The translations under genes were made by a program, and so were the position numbers. The notes below the pieces were generated by a model, which worked only from the letters and a program-made list of their open reading frames with translations, did not search any database and was not told where the DNA came from. A stretch of 28,400 bases of DNA, from UHGV virus genome UHGV-0126577, one strand, 5' to 3'. Below, in pieces: positions 8,623 to 17,627 of this stretch. The DNA comes from a virus. Within the stretch, counting starts at the first letter, position 1. Each line of letters begins with the position of its first letter.

Positions 8623-11093
8623 CAGAATCCCCCAACAGTAAGGCGAGGAATAACGGCAAGAACAGACAGCGGCAACGGATCAAGCTGACGGATTTTTACA
8701 CGTCCGTTTTTGCCCCAGTTACTGTCCAGTTTCACTTCTACTTTTCCGGTAGCATCATCAACAGGATCATCGTAGAACTCGAATTCACGCTGTGGATATT
8801 CGTACCATTTACCGCCGGGCGTAGTCGCCCAGATGCCGCGACTGGCATTCACAACCAGAGTAACGGAGGGGATCACCTGTTTTTTGTCCAGCAGCGTTTC
8901 CTGTCCGTTAATGTTGATATCCAGTGTTTCGAATTCAGCAGTTATTGGCAGGCCGATGTGCACAACAGCCCCAGGTGATTCCAGCGTGACGGCACCTCCG
9001 GAAACCACTTTCTGTGGTTCCACGTTCGCATCAGAGAGAATGTTTACGGTCTGGCCTTCAAGATGAGACAGGCCTCCAAATGTCCGGCGCGCCATCTGCC
9101 AGTTCGTGGTGGCCACATTCCTGAGGGATGGCGGGACGTTCCTGTTAGCACGAACCACTACAGCGGTGTTGCTGGTTACAGAAATAATGTCGCAACGTAA
9201 TTCTTTTGACACCTCATCGCCAGTATCAGGATCAGTTCCGGTATAAGGGAACTGTAGTTGCGCGCCGACATCACTACTGGTGAAGTACGCACCACCAGAA
9301 ACACTGATTGTATATTCCGCGCGGTAATCCCATTCGCCAGAACCACCAGTGATGATCATCGTTCTGTCAGACGTATTTCTTCCATCATAGCTAAGGCCAG
9401 AATCAACAAAGAAAGCATCTTCATCGCTGGTAAATAAACGGCTGGACAGTCGCTCGATGTATCTCACTGTTTGCCCGTTAACGGTTCGGTTAATGACGAA
9501 ATACACCGCATCTTCATTGCCTTCGCTGATACTGCATGTGCTTTCATATTTTCCGGTACTGGACTGTGGTGCCCATGCAAAAACCTGTTGATCACGCAAA
9601 TAGGTCATCACCAGTAATTTACCGTCATCACGAATGCAGAAGGCGCTGGAGTAAGGGACTATCGAGAAGCACCAGTCAACAATGCTGTGCTTCTGAAAAA
9701 GATGATTGGCAAGGATGGTCAGGTCGTTCCCCTGATAGCCGTCAACATCGAATGAGTAGGCCAGATCACGGACAACGCTGCCTTTCTCCTGGACGAACAG
9801 AGCAATATTCGCCACGGCAATTGGCGGGACGTTGCTTGAGCCATTTGATCCCTGAGAGCTGAATGCAAATGATGATGGGGTTAACACTTTGTTCTGGTCG
9901 CCGGTGATGACGTACTCACCTCCGGAAGTCAGCGCCACCAGAGAACCAACATCAATCAGGTGGCGGATCTCATTAACCTGACGTCCGGCATAGGTGTAGA
10001 TAATTCTGTCGTCATCCTGCGTAGGATTGCTTTTGCCAAAATCCTTATAATCCCCGGTACGGCTGGCCCAGATAGTCTGAGGAAACGCAGTCGATGCGGC
10101 GAAGTAAAGACGTTGTTGATAATAAACAACAGTGCCAGGATAACCATTAACACTGTTCCAGGCATATTTAGCCCATTTATAGCTGGCATTATCCTCGCCA
10201 ACTACCTGCGAAGGGATATAGGAAATCACCTCGGCAGTTGCAGTAGTTCCATTTGCAGCAGAGATACGGGCAATGCCAAAACCACTGTGCAGATACTCCC
10301 ACTCAATGCCGGTATCATCATCACCGGATCCGCCCCAGCCATCCCATGATGTGCCTTCTGTATGCGAAGGGCGCAAAGTGCCTGTTTTGCCTACTGTAAC
10401 GGCGCGATAGTAGTTACTGTCTGCACGGCGAATATCGCCAATTGACGTACTCTTACTGGTTTCCCATACCGGCACAGAATCCACTGCAGGCTGTTCCAGA
10501 TAGAACAATTTGCCTACCTGCTCCGCGCCAAAAATAGAGGCGCTTGCCGTTAACGTAATTGTCCCGGTGCTGGCGCTGGCATAAACCGTCACTGACTCGT
10601 CAATATTGATATCTTCAAATGGTCCGTTCTTCGTTACCACATCAACCAGTTGCCAGTTGTCATGCGCATAGCGACGCAACTCTTTCGGCGGGTATGCCGG
10701 ATGAACAAGCGTAAGCACGTCGGCGCTTTGCGTGAATTTAATTCGGAACAGATCGGCTTCAGTATATGGCGTGGAAATTTCATAAATAACATTGCTGCTG
10801 TTCAGCACCAACGCACCATCTTTGATAACGCGCATGTACTGGTGTCCGAACTCCAGAGCATAAGTCTGAACCGTCGAGAACTGGAACGGGATCAGGCGGC
10901 ATTTCCGATTTGGGTATTTGGCGGCACCGACAAAACGCGTACCAGGTCGATTCTCAACTCCGCCATACTGCCGCACGATAAAGTTATCGCACTTGCGCAA
11001 TGCCACCTGGTACTTCGCCATGTCAATACGACCGTACAACGACGGTCCAATCTCACCACCGGCAAAGCTGGGCTGGATCCAACTGATAGCCAT
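8622..11093 (-). CDS. Tail tubular protein B-like (T7 gp12-like), 823 aa
   Basis: N-terminus MAISWIQPSFAGGEIGPSLYGRID... resembles the T7 gp12 N-terminus (MALISQSIKNLKGGISQQPDIL...). Size and position after the gp11-like gene fit. Confidence 0.6.
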   Translation of the reverse strand: MAISWIQPSFAGGEIGPSLYGRIDMAKYQVALRKCDNFIVRQYGGVENRPGTRFVGAAKYPNRKCRLIPFQFSTVQTYALEFGHQYMRVIKDGALVLNSSNVIYEISTPYTEADLFRIKFTQSADVLTLVHPAYPPKELRRYAHDNWQLVDVVTKNGPFEDINIDESVTVYASASTGTITLTASASIFGAEQVGKLFYLEQPAVDSVPVWETSKSTSIGDIRRADSNYYRAVTVGKTGTLRPSHTEGTSWDGWGGSGDDDTGIEWEYLHSGFGIARISAANGTTATAEVISYIPSQVVGEDNASYKWAKYAWNSVNGYPGTVVYYQQRLYFAASTAFPQTIWASRTGDYKDFGKSNPTQDDDRIIYTYAGRQVNEIRHLIDVGSLVALTSGGEYVITGDQNKVLTPSSFAFSSQGSNGSSNVPPIAVANIALFVQEKGSVVRDLAYSFDVDGYQGNDLTILANHLFQKHSIVDWCFSIVPYSSAFCIRDDGKLLVMTYLRDQQVFAWAPQSSTGKYESTCSISEGNEDAVYFVINRTVNGQTVRYIERLSSRLFTSDEDAFFVDSGLSYDGRNTSDRTMIITGGSGEWDYRAEYTISVSGGAYFTSSDVGAQLQFPYTGTDPDTGDEVSKELRCDIISVTSNTAVVVRANRNVPPSLRNVATTNWQMARRTFGGLSHLEGQTVNILSDANVEPQKVVSGGAVTLESPGAVVHIGLPITAEFETLDININGQETLLDKKQVIPSVTLVVNASRGIWATTPGGKWYEYPQREFEFYDDPVDDATGKVEVKLDSNWGKNGRVKIRQLDPLPLSVLAVIPRLTVGGF

Positions 11094-11698
11094 CAGGACA
11101 ACCTCGCAATGGTAAACTCGTCAACCGGTGGCTGTGGTTCCTGTGATTCATTCTGGCTATGCGAGCCAGCACTAAGAATCACGCGATTGTACATATTGAG
11201 GGCAAACGTACCGAGGTCTGCATTCCCAGTCAGCGCCATGTTAATAGCTGCCGCAAGACGCCAGGCCAACGCCTCCATAAAAATGGCATCAAACATGTTC
11301 ACATCTGTAACGCGAGATACATACTTGAGCCATGCCTGCGGCTGGTCTGTGTAGATCAACTTTCCTGTTCCGTTGGTGTCTGCACCAACTTCGTACTGAA
11401 CGCGCATTGCTGCTGTTGGATTGCGTACACCAGGAAGCATAATTTCAGTAATGCGCAGACAATCGGACGGGTACTGGTACGCATATTCCCAGTCAGGCGG
11501 TGGATTGCTCGTATCTGCAAGCGCCACGCGTTTGGTAGCAAAGTTCCAGTCAAAATCAGAAAGCACAGCATCACGGCAGGCCTCAAAGTGCAGCGAACAT
11601 TCCCCCGCTTCCTTGCTGGCTTCCGTCAGGCTGTTAATACTGCGGCTGTTGCCAATATTGGACAGCGCACGATTGCAGATCTCTACTACAGAGGCCAT
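11093..11698 (-). CDS. Tail tubular protein A-like (T7 gp11-like), 201 aa
   Basis: Size and position match. N-terminal ...NRALSNIGNSRSINSLTEAS resembles the gp11 motif (...NDILASIGEPPVSTLEGD). SD AGGAG upstream. Confidence 0.55.
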   Translation of the reverse strand: MASVVEICNRALSNIGNSRSINSLTEASKEAGECSLHFEACRDAVLSDFDWNFATKRVALADTSNPPPDWEYAYQYPSDCLRITEIMLPGVRNPTAAMRVQYEVGADTNGTGKLIYTDQPQAWLKYVSRVTDVNMFDAIFMEALAWRLAAAINMALTGNADLGTFALNMYNRVILSAGSHSQNESQEPQPPVDEFTIARLS

Positions 11699-11719
11699 AA
11701 GTTTCTATACTCCTGCAAT

Positions 11720-11740
11720 AAAGGGGCCGAAGCCCCTTGT
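11720..11740 (-). terminator. Rho-independent terminator-like hairpin after the capsid gene block
   Basis: AGGGGC-cgaa-GCCCCT stem-loop followed by a T-rich run on the minus strand. Lies between the stop at 11755 and the gp11-like start at 11698. Confidence 0.45.
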
Positions 11741-11754
11741 CTGATTCGCGAGGC

Positions 11755-12090
11755 TTACACGCCCAGTTCTTTACGCTTATCTGCGATCTTCTCGCGTAGC
11801 GTTTCGGCTTTGGCGTTATGGTGTGGCTTCTCGTTAAAGAGCAATTCGTACTCTTCACGGAGCTTATCCAGTTCACCATCATCTGACACATCGTTGATGA
11901 TTTTGGTGCTGGTTGCTGCCATTGACACCTTTCCTGCAACTTTTGCTTTTGCCTGTCTGGCTGCATCGTTAACAGGTTCCAGTGCGCTACCAGGCTCACC
12001 TTCGTATTCGATTTCTGCCCCCTCCGGCCACAGAGTGTTATGGATATGAGAGAGGCGCAGAACGCGGTATCTTGGTTTCTCACCTGACAT
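11755..12090 (-). CDS. Small virion-associated protein (111 aa), hypothetical
   Basis: The ORF 11755..12099 begins at a GTG that abuts the SD. The ATG at 12090 has AAGGTGA 5 nt upstream. Charged, helical-looking C-terminus. Confidence 0.5.
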   Translation of the reverse strand: MSGEKPRYRVLRLSHIHNTLWPEGAEIEYEGEPGSALEPVNDAARQAKAKVAGKVSMAATSTKIINDVSDDGELDKLREEYELLFNEKPHHNAKAETLREKIADKRKELGV

Positions 12091-12100
12091 CGATATCACC

Positions 12101-12538
12101 TTAACCAGTTACTTTTGAGCGGATCGGGTACGGCGTATTGGCATCAACATCCAGACTGATACCCGCAGTGAATTTGCCAGCCGTTAGTGGGCCAGTTGCG
12201 ACGGAGTAGTTAACACGCAGATATCGCTGAACACCGGCAGGCACCTTTGCAGAAACAACTCGTTTACCTGCTGTCAGGGCGGTCTTTGCCAGTGCGCCAC
12301 TATCATAAATAGTGGTCCATGAGCTGTTATTCTCACTCGTCTGCAACTGGATGTTTACAGTTGCATCACCGCTTGCTGCGGCGGCTGCGTTAACCAGCAC
12401 CCAAAACTCAAGCGGGTAACCCACGCCGATATCACGACGTTTTCCGTCAATTGGACCGAGATCGATTACGTCAGTAGAAGCCGCGGTATCAGTTACCGCC
12501 TCTGCTTCGGAGAACATCAACAGTTTGTCGGTGATCAT
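12101..12538 (-). CDS. Putative minor capsid/decoration protein (145 aa)
   Basis: Lies directly downstream of the major capsid gene. Thr/Ala/Gly-rich, beta-rich-looking sequence. SD GGAG upstream. Confidence 0.45.
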   Translation of the reverse strand: MITDKLLMFSEAEAVTDTAASTDVIDLGPIDGKRRDIGVGYPLEFWVLVNAAAAASGDATVNIQLQTSENNSSWTTIYDSGALAKTALTAGKRVVSAKVPAGVQRYLRVNYSVATGPLTAGKFTAGISLDVDANTPYPIRSKVTG

Positions 12539-12589
12539 CTTCTTTCTCCATTAGTGGGTCTGTTACGACCCACAGGTTAATAACAGGCG

Positions 12590-13576
12590 TTACACCACGC
12601 GGGCTTCTGTTTCCAGAAGCGCATCAGTTTCACGGATTGGTACACCACGGAATGAAGTCCACCACTCTCCTTCTGTCTCTTTTACGCTGATCGCCAGAGA
12701 TGTTTTCTCCAGAGATTGCAGATCAAGAGCCTGGCCTACAGTGCGGTTCATGTAGAACACCGGGCGACCCATGCCACGATTTGGAATGCGATGCAGTGCT
12801 TTAACCATCAACTTCGCAATATTTGCGGCAGAGGAAGGTTCTGAAAGATTGCTGACATCGATGTTTGCAATGCGAACAACATAACGCCAGTCACGCAGAG
12901 AAAGTCCGTTATCCCATTTGTAATGGGTACGATAGCCTTCGTACTTGCCGCCATTAGCATCTTCCAGTGTCACCTGGCCTTTATCTTCCATCTGGATGCC
13001 AGCCTTCTGCCCTTTCGGGAAGATGCCATGCACGGTGTTTTCGCCCCACACCACTAACCAGATTGAGGTGTTATCTGTACCCGTGCCACCAGCATCAATG
13101 ATGTTCTGAGCATTACCCGCAGACAGGCTGGAATAGCGGGAGGACAGTCCCATAAACTGCTGAGGGTTAACGCTGGAATCACCATAAAACAGCGTCTGCG
13201 CCATCTGCTGATTCATCGCTTCAATAAATGCGCGGTCTTCAGACAGGCGGAATTCGGCGGTATTGCCGTTCAGATCAGCCAGTGACTTATCGACTTCAGC
13301 ATAGGTTTCCAACATACCAATGGAATCGGTGACCTGCACTGTGGTTGATTTGCTTGGTTGTACACCATAGTTCAACAAACGCCAGGTAGCTGAAGGTAAA
13401 CCAGAACGAATGGTGGTTTTGTGTCCGGTAGGAAGGTTCCCTTCGACAAAAGGCATATCCTGAAGGATCGGGTTAGTTTGACCGAGAAGCTCGATAATCT
13501 TATCGACTTTCCCATCTTTATCGACGCGCTTACCCCAGTCAGCCAGCGTTAGCGCAGTTAAGCCTTTAACAGCCAT
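12590..13576 (-). CDS. Major capsid protein (328 aa)
   Basis: Strong SD GAGAGGAA upstream of the ATG at 13576. Immediately follows the scaffold gene. Size is typical of a podovirus HK97-fold capsid protein. Confidence 0.75.
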   Translation of the reverse strand: MAVKGLTALTLADWGKRVDKDGKVDKIIELLGQTNPILQDMPFVEGNLPTGHKTTIRSGLPSATWRLLNYGVQPSKSTTVQVTDSIGMLETYAEVDKSLADLNGNTAEFRLSEDRAFIEAMNQQMAQTLFYGDSSVNPQQFMGLSSRYSSLSAGNAQNIIDAGGTGTDNTSIWLVVWGENTVHGIFPKGQKAGIQMEDKGQVTLEDANGGKYEGYRTHYKWDNGLSLRDWRYVVRIANIDVSNLSEPSSAANIAKLMVKALHRIPNRGMGRPVFYMNRTVGQALDLQSLEKTSLAISVKETEGEWWTSFRGVPIRETDALLETEARVV

Positions 13577-13590
13577 TGTTATTTCCTCTC

Positions 13591-14286
13591 TTATTTGCCA
13601 TAGAGCACTTCGGCCGCACTACGCTGGCCTTCATTACCACCGGTGACCATGCCATCCTCAGACATCGCCTTTCCGATTTTCACGAACGTTTTGACCAGAT
13701 CAGGGTGATTACCCAGTCCGGTGGTGTTCAGATATTCTTTGAGCTCAGGTGTCCCGAACTGGTCAAGCGCACGCTGTGCGGCGCTAAGGTTAGAAATCAA
13801 CTTGTCGCCACCGATTTCTTTGTCAGCTTTTACATCAGCAGCCCACTGCTCGGTTGTTTTCTGCCAGGCTTCTGCCTGGCGCTGCTGCACACCTGCCAGA
13901 ATCTTCGGATAAGCATCAACCAGCTTTTGCGCTTGCTCGTTGGTCAGGTTAAGTTCTCGCGCCACCGGCTCGAATTCCTTCAACGCTTCTGTATCCAGCT
14001 CTACGCCTTCGGCAGCCTGAAACTCGTACTTCTCAGGCGCACCCTCTGGTTTATCGCCGTCCTTTTTTTCATCCTGCTTATCGTTTTCAGGCTTTTTGTC
14101 ATCAGCAGGTTTATCGCCATCAGCAACAGGTTGTGGCTTATCACCTTCCGATTGTGATGGATCACCAACTGGAGCATGGTTATCACCTGCAGGCGCTGAC
14201 GGTTCTGACGCAGCCGGAGCTGCTCCACCATCGACTGGTTGCTCATTGCAAAGACGGCGATACAGCAAACGCTCAAATAAATTCAT
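13591..14286 (-). CDS. Scaffolding protein (231 aa)
   Basis: Acidic, Pro/Asp/Lys/Glu-rich, low-complexity N-half with a helical C-half. The track start 14292 is a GTG abutting the SD; the ATG at 14286 has AGGAG with a 5-nt spacer. Confidence 0.65.
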   Translation of the reverse strand: MNLFERLLYRRLCNEQPVDGGAAPAASEPSAPAGDNHAPVGDPSQSEGDKPQPVADGDKPADDKKPENDKQDEKKDGDKPEGAPEKYEFQAAEGVELDTEALKEFEPVARELNLTNEQAQKLVDAYPKILAGVQQRQAEAWQKTTEQWAADVKADKEIGGDKLISNLSAAQRALDQFGTPELKEYLNTTGLGNHPDLVKTFVKIGKAMSEDGMVTGGNEGQRSAAEVLYGK

Positions 14287-14288
14287 GA

Positions 14289-14585
14289 TCACTCCTGTTC
14301 ACTGGCCTCTTTGGCCATCTTCAAATACTGTTCAGGGCAATGCGCCATAACGCGCTGAAACAGTTCCAGCGCCAGATTGCGTTGCCCCTCATTAAATGCC
14401 ATTGCCATAGCGTCCATCGGTGAGATAGCGGAAAACACACGGCCTTTCTCCAGCACCGACCAGACAACGCGACGCCCCTGTTCACTGCTCATGACAAAGC
14501 GAATGTCATCAATTTCACGCTGTGCCATGTCACGTTGCTTACGGGCGTTTTCTTCTTTCAGTTGATCATCTTCGTAATCTGTCAT
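14289..14585 (-). CDS. Hypothetical head-assembly-associated protein (98 aa)
   Basis: Its start overlaps the portal stop (ATGA) and its stop abuts the scaffold SD. Confidence 0.55.
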   Translation of the reverse strand: MTDYEDDQLKEENARKQRDMAQREIDDIRFVMSSEQGRRVVWSVLEKGRVFSAISPMDAMAMAFNEGQRNLALELFQRVMAHCPEQYLKMAKEASEQE

Positions 14586-16261
14586 TGTGATTGCCCACCC
14601 TGACCACTAACTGCATTCGCCATAGCTGACAAAACACTCGGATCCGAAGTTTTAGCTTCGCTTAGCGTCTTGGCGCCCTGTGCCGCCGCCATTCCCATCG
14701 CCATCATTTGTTGCTGCTGTTGCTGCTGTGCCCGTTGCTGGCGAGCCTGCTCAACCTGTTCCTGCGGAACAATGACGGTTGGAGACACTCCGGACATATC
14801 AGCGAATGCATCGATCGCCTGATCAACGTTGAGTTTGTCGAGAGCTTCTGGTTTCGCTTGCGCAAGTTGACCAATGAAGTTGACCGTAGACGCCAGACTG
14901 GACAGGCCGATAGACTTCTGCGCCTGAGCCATGACGGAAATGTATTCGACCTTCAGGGGCATACCTTCCATCGCGTCAGGCGGTGGCGGCAGCATGTTTT
15001 TACGCACCATCATCGAGAAAGCGCGGTCAATGAGAGGATTAAGACATTCGTCGTTCAGACGCTCCAGAACCGGCCCCAACATCAGAAGTTTTTCTTCTTT
15101 CATTTCGATCACCGCTTCAACAGGCATCGAGCGGGTATTGATGTTCTGCAACATCATGAACAGATCGACAAAGTAGGCGCTGTTAATGATTTGACGAGTG
15201 TCCTGAATGTCTGCCACCAAATCTGCTGTACTGGGGTTAACCAGATAAGCAGGCCTGAAGCCATCCTGACCAGTAATCTGATCGATATACGTGATGTCGC
15301 CAGGAAGAAGGGAGGCGCGCTGATTCTTGAGGGAAGTCGGAGCAACCATCGGCGGATTGGTGGCTTTATCAATCAACTGCGACTTGCGCTTCTGGAGAAG
15401 CTGCAATGCCTTAACAGGTCCAAGCGCCAGCATACCCGGGCATGATGATCCATAAACATCTTCGCCGTTAACTTCCCAGCGCGGAGCCATAATTGGAAAC
15501 TCATCGAATCCGGACTCACGCAACAACTTGTCGTTATCGCCACCAACCTCGTAATAAACCGATTTGAATGGCTTGTTCTTGCTATCCAGCTTCGATGTAT
15601 CGCGGTCAATGTTCGGGTAAACCGAATGCATCACTTCAATCCACTTCTCGTAGGTGCCGCTTTCCCACATGCTTTTTACGGATTCGCTGACGTTATTTAG
15701 CCCGAACTCCTGAACAAGCTGACGAACAGTCATAGAGAACTTGCGAAAACAGGTGTCCACACTGCCACGAGGTGAGTTAGCCAGGTAGTAACTGCCTATC
15801 GGGAATGGCATTGTGCGAATGATGTCCTCGTCATCCTCCAGCACCGCCATTGCACCAGTGCTGTATGTGCCGAGGCTTCCGTATAACTGCGGCAGCGACT
15901 GATAGAGATTCGACTTATTGAACATATCGTTCATGCGGTTCTGCACCGCCTCAAGCCACAACTTAACAGGGCCATAATCCATCATTTCAGGATCTGGCGT
16001 AGCCAGGCGAAACCACGGACGCGCAGGGCTTGTGATGCCTGACATCATGCCGCTGGCGAGAGTGCGCGCCGCCATAGTCCCGGTCGAATCAATAATGCGT
16101 GTGTTGCGTCGATCGTTACGGTTGACCTCAGAAGTCAGAAAGCGGGAACCACGCGGGTTGATGTAATCACTCAACTCGCGCCAGTGCGGCTCGAACGACT
16201 GACGCTCGCTTTCAAGTTGTGCGAACTGTTTGTTCAATCGCTCTTTAGTTGTTTCCGCCAT
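14582..16261 (-). CDS. Portal (head-to-tail connector) protein, T7 gp8-like (559 aa)
   Basis: C-terminus ...QARQQRAQQQQQQQMMAMGMAAAQGA... closely resembles the Gln/Met/Ala-rich T7 gp8 C-terminus (...QQKMAQQSMQMGMDNGAAALAQGMAAQ...). Size and position match. Confidence 0.8.
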   Translation of the reverse strand: MAETTKERLNKQFAQLESERQSFEPHWRELSDYINPRGSRFLTSEVNRNDRRNTRIIDSTGTMAARTLASGMMSGITSPARPWFRLATPDPEMMDYGPVKLWLEAVQNRMNDMFNKSNLYQSLPQLYGSLGTYSTGAMAVLEDDEDIIRTMPFPIGSYYLANSPRGSVDTCFRKFSMTVRQLVQEFGLNNVSESVKSMWESGTYEKWIEVMHSVYPNIDRDTSKLDSKNKPFKSVYYEVGGDNDKLLRESGFDEFPIMAPRWEVNGEDVYGSSCPGMLALGPVKALQLLQKRKSQLIDKATNPPMVAPTSLKNQRASLLPGDITYIDQITGQDGFRPAYLVNPSTADLVADIQDTRQIINSAYFVDLFMMLQNINTRSMPVEAVIEMKEEKLLMLGPVLERLNDECLNPLIDRAFSMMVRKNMLPPPPDAMEGMPLKVEYISVMAQAQKSIGLSSLASTVNFIGQLAQAKPEALDKLNVDQAIDAFADMSGVSPTVIVPQEQVEQARQQRAQQQQQQQMMAMGMAAAQGAKTLSEAKTSDPSVLSAMANAVSGQGGQSQ

Positions 16262-16275
16262 TTCAATGACTCCGG

Positions 16276-16482
16276 TTACTGACCAAGCAGCGTTTTACCG
16301 CTGGTATTAGCGGTTGATGTGTCGCCCTGAGAACCGGTAAGCAGCGTAGAACTACGACCAGCAGCAGCGCGACGGCGACGTGTTTCTTCGTCGCGGGCAT
16401 CAACAACGGCGGCATCCTGCTCCTGTGGTGCTGCCTGAACTTCTGGTGTTGCAGGCACTGATGGTGAGCTACCCATGCACAT
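16276..16482 (-). CDS. Small hypothetical protein (68 aa), first gene of the structural operon
   Basis: ATG at 16482 is preceded by the GGAGTCATTGA element, the same element that precedes the portal start. The overlapping alternative-frame ORF 16263..16502 is rejected. Confidence 0.4.
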   Translation of the reverse strand: MCMGSSPSVPATPEVQAAPQEQDAAVVDARDEETRRRRAAAGRSSTLLTGSQGDTSTANTSGKTLLGQ

Positions 16483-16550
16483 ATCAATGACTCCGTACGC
16501 AATTAAATTATTACCAATTTAACCACATATGTTTTATTTATCGTAGAAGG

Positions 16551-16587
16551 TTGACATTTAACGCGTTAATTATTACCTTTCAGGTAA
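16551..16587 (+). promoter_or_regulatory. Promoter-like -35 TTGACA with operator TTACCTTTCAGGTAA
   Basis: Perfect TTGACA at 16551-16556. The block TAATTATTACCTT is shared with the PL-like promoter near 26379. Palindrome TTACC-N5-GGTAA at 16573-16587. Orientation is uncertain: it could serve the plus-strand tRNA cassette and/or the minus-strand structural operon. Confidence 0.35.
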
Positions 16588-16909
16588 CTAAAGAGCTCAT
16601 TCCGGTTACTAACCTGACTGGCTTGTCGTTAAATTGAACAGGTGGAGTGAGCTTTTATTTTGAGCAGTACGGCGTATGGCACATGCGACGATAGCGGTCT
16701 GGATACGTTTAAGGGGCACCCTCCCTTGCTCGGGCAAACGAACCAGGTAGCCGGAATGTGCAAGTCGAGCGGTTTTATTCCGCGCACGGGGATTCACCAT
16801 CCCGGCTATTCGGTGTGACGCCTCGGAAGAGACGAGGGTACAACGATGAGAGCATTTATGGAGCCGCGACAAAGTGTGGCGCCTTAACAGGCTAAGTGCT
16901 CTCAGCGTT

Positions 16910-16986
16910 GTGGCATTAGCTCAGTCGGACAGAGCAACCGCCTTCTAAGCGGTTGGTCGCAGGTTCGAATCCTGCATGCCACGCCA
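16910..16986 (+). tRNA. tRNA-Arg (anticodon UCU)
   Basis: Cloverleaf folded by hand: acceptor GTGGCAT/ATGCCAC (7 bp), D-stem GCTC/GAGC, anticodon stem ACCGC/GCGGT with loop CTTCTAA (anticodon TCT at 16944-16946), T-stem GCAGG/CCTGC with loop TTCGAAT, discriminator G and an encoded CCA. Confidence 0.85.
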
Positions 16987-17184
16987 GAATCACGCCTAAG
17001 GACCGTGATGCCAGAAGTTCCAGGTGCTTGGCGGTGATGGTTTCCCTTGAAGGACTATCACCGCCCTTTTTACAGCAGGACGCCATTGCGATGACTTCAT
17101 GCTGTAAACCAGTACAGCCACGGAAGGCATAACTCATTGCTTCCAGTTCGCCCGGTTCGCCGGGCATTTTTTTAAGGTGAGATC

Positions 17185-17607
17185 ATGAAAACAGCCGACA
17201 TGCTAGCTAAATATCTAAATGAATGGCCGTGCAAATATGTACGCATTGTTCAGGGTGATGATTCAATTTTTTATGGTGTTTTTGCAGGAAATGAAATGCT
17301 TTGTGAAGCAATTCCAGGTGAGCGACTTGCCGGGTTAACGCTTAGCGATGACCATGGAATAGGAGTTACTTGCCATGACTGGATTTCAGCGCAGAAAACT
17401 GAAATGGAAAAAGGCAATGTGTTTGATATTTCTCGCGCTGTATACGCCAAAGAAAAAAGTGATGATGATTACATGCGCGAAAACTTATACAACATGAAGT
17501 TACAATGCCTGGCTGAAGTGCTTAGTAAAAGATCTTTACTTGATGTGGTTGGTGCTGAGCAGGACGCCAAGGCAATCAACGCCGCATTCGATAAAATAAC
17601 CTTCTAA
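17185..17607 (+). CDS. Orphan protein linked to the tRNA (140 aa), function unknown
   Basis: Strong SD AAGGTGAG 5 nt upstream of the ATG. Opposite strand to the flanking structural and terminase genes. Followed by a strong terminator. Moderately AT-rich. Confidence 0.65.
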   Translation: MKTADMLAKYLNEWPCKYVRIVQGDDSIFYGVFAGNEMLCEAIPGERLAGLTLSDDHGIGVTCHDWISAQKTEMEKGNVFDISRAVYAKEKSDDDYMRENLYNMKLQCLAEVLSKRSLLDVVGAEQDAKAINAAFDKITF

Positions 17608-17610
17608 CGC

Positions 17611-17624
17611 CGTGACATGTCACA
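17611..17624. repeat. Perfect palindrome CGTGACATGTCACA, copy 1
   Basis: The 12-bp core GTGACATGTCAC is its own reverse complement. An identical 14-mer occurs at 19829-19842. Confidence 0.8.
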
Positions 17625-17627
17625 ATC

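Noticed and set aside
14708-15445. Long antisense ORFs inside structural and early genes (examples: 14708..15445, 11159..12049, 10650..11354, 13576..14157, 22547..23074, 17673..18035, 18387..18893)
   Set aside because: They are embedded opposite well-supported genes in GC-balanced DNA, have no SD or coupling signals, and have skewed composition (Arg/Cys/His/Ser-rich). Typical shadow ORFs.
16263-16502. Minus-strand ORF 16263..16502 (79 aa)
   Set aside because: It is an alternative frame of the same segment. The 16276..16482 frame has the SD-ATG cassette, while this one starts upstream of the SD and has a Cys/His/Arg-rich, implausible sequence.
16609-16872. Minus-strand ORF 16609..16872 (87 aa)
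   Set aside because: It lies in the structured leader region, has no SD and an Arg/Cys/His-rich composition. More likely non-coding RNA sequence.
16916-17167. Minus-strand ORF 16916..17167 (83 aa)
   Set aside because: It overlaps the tRNA-Arg gene and the SD of the orphan gene, and the translation is not protein-like.
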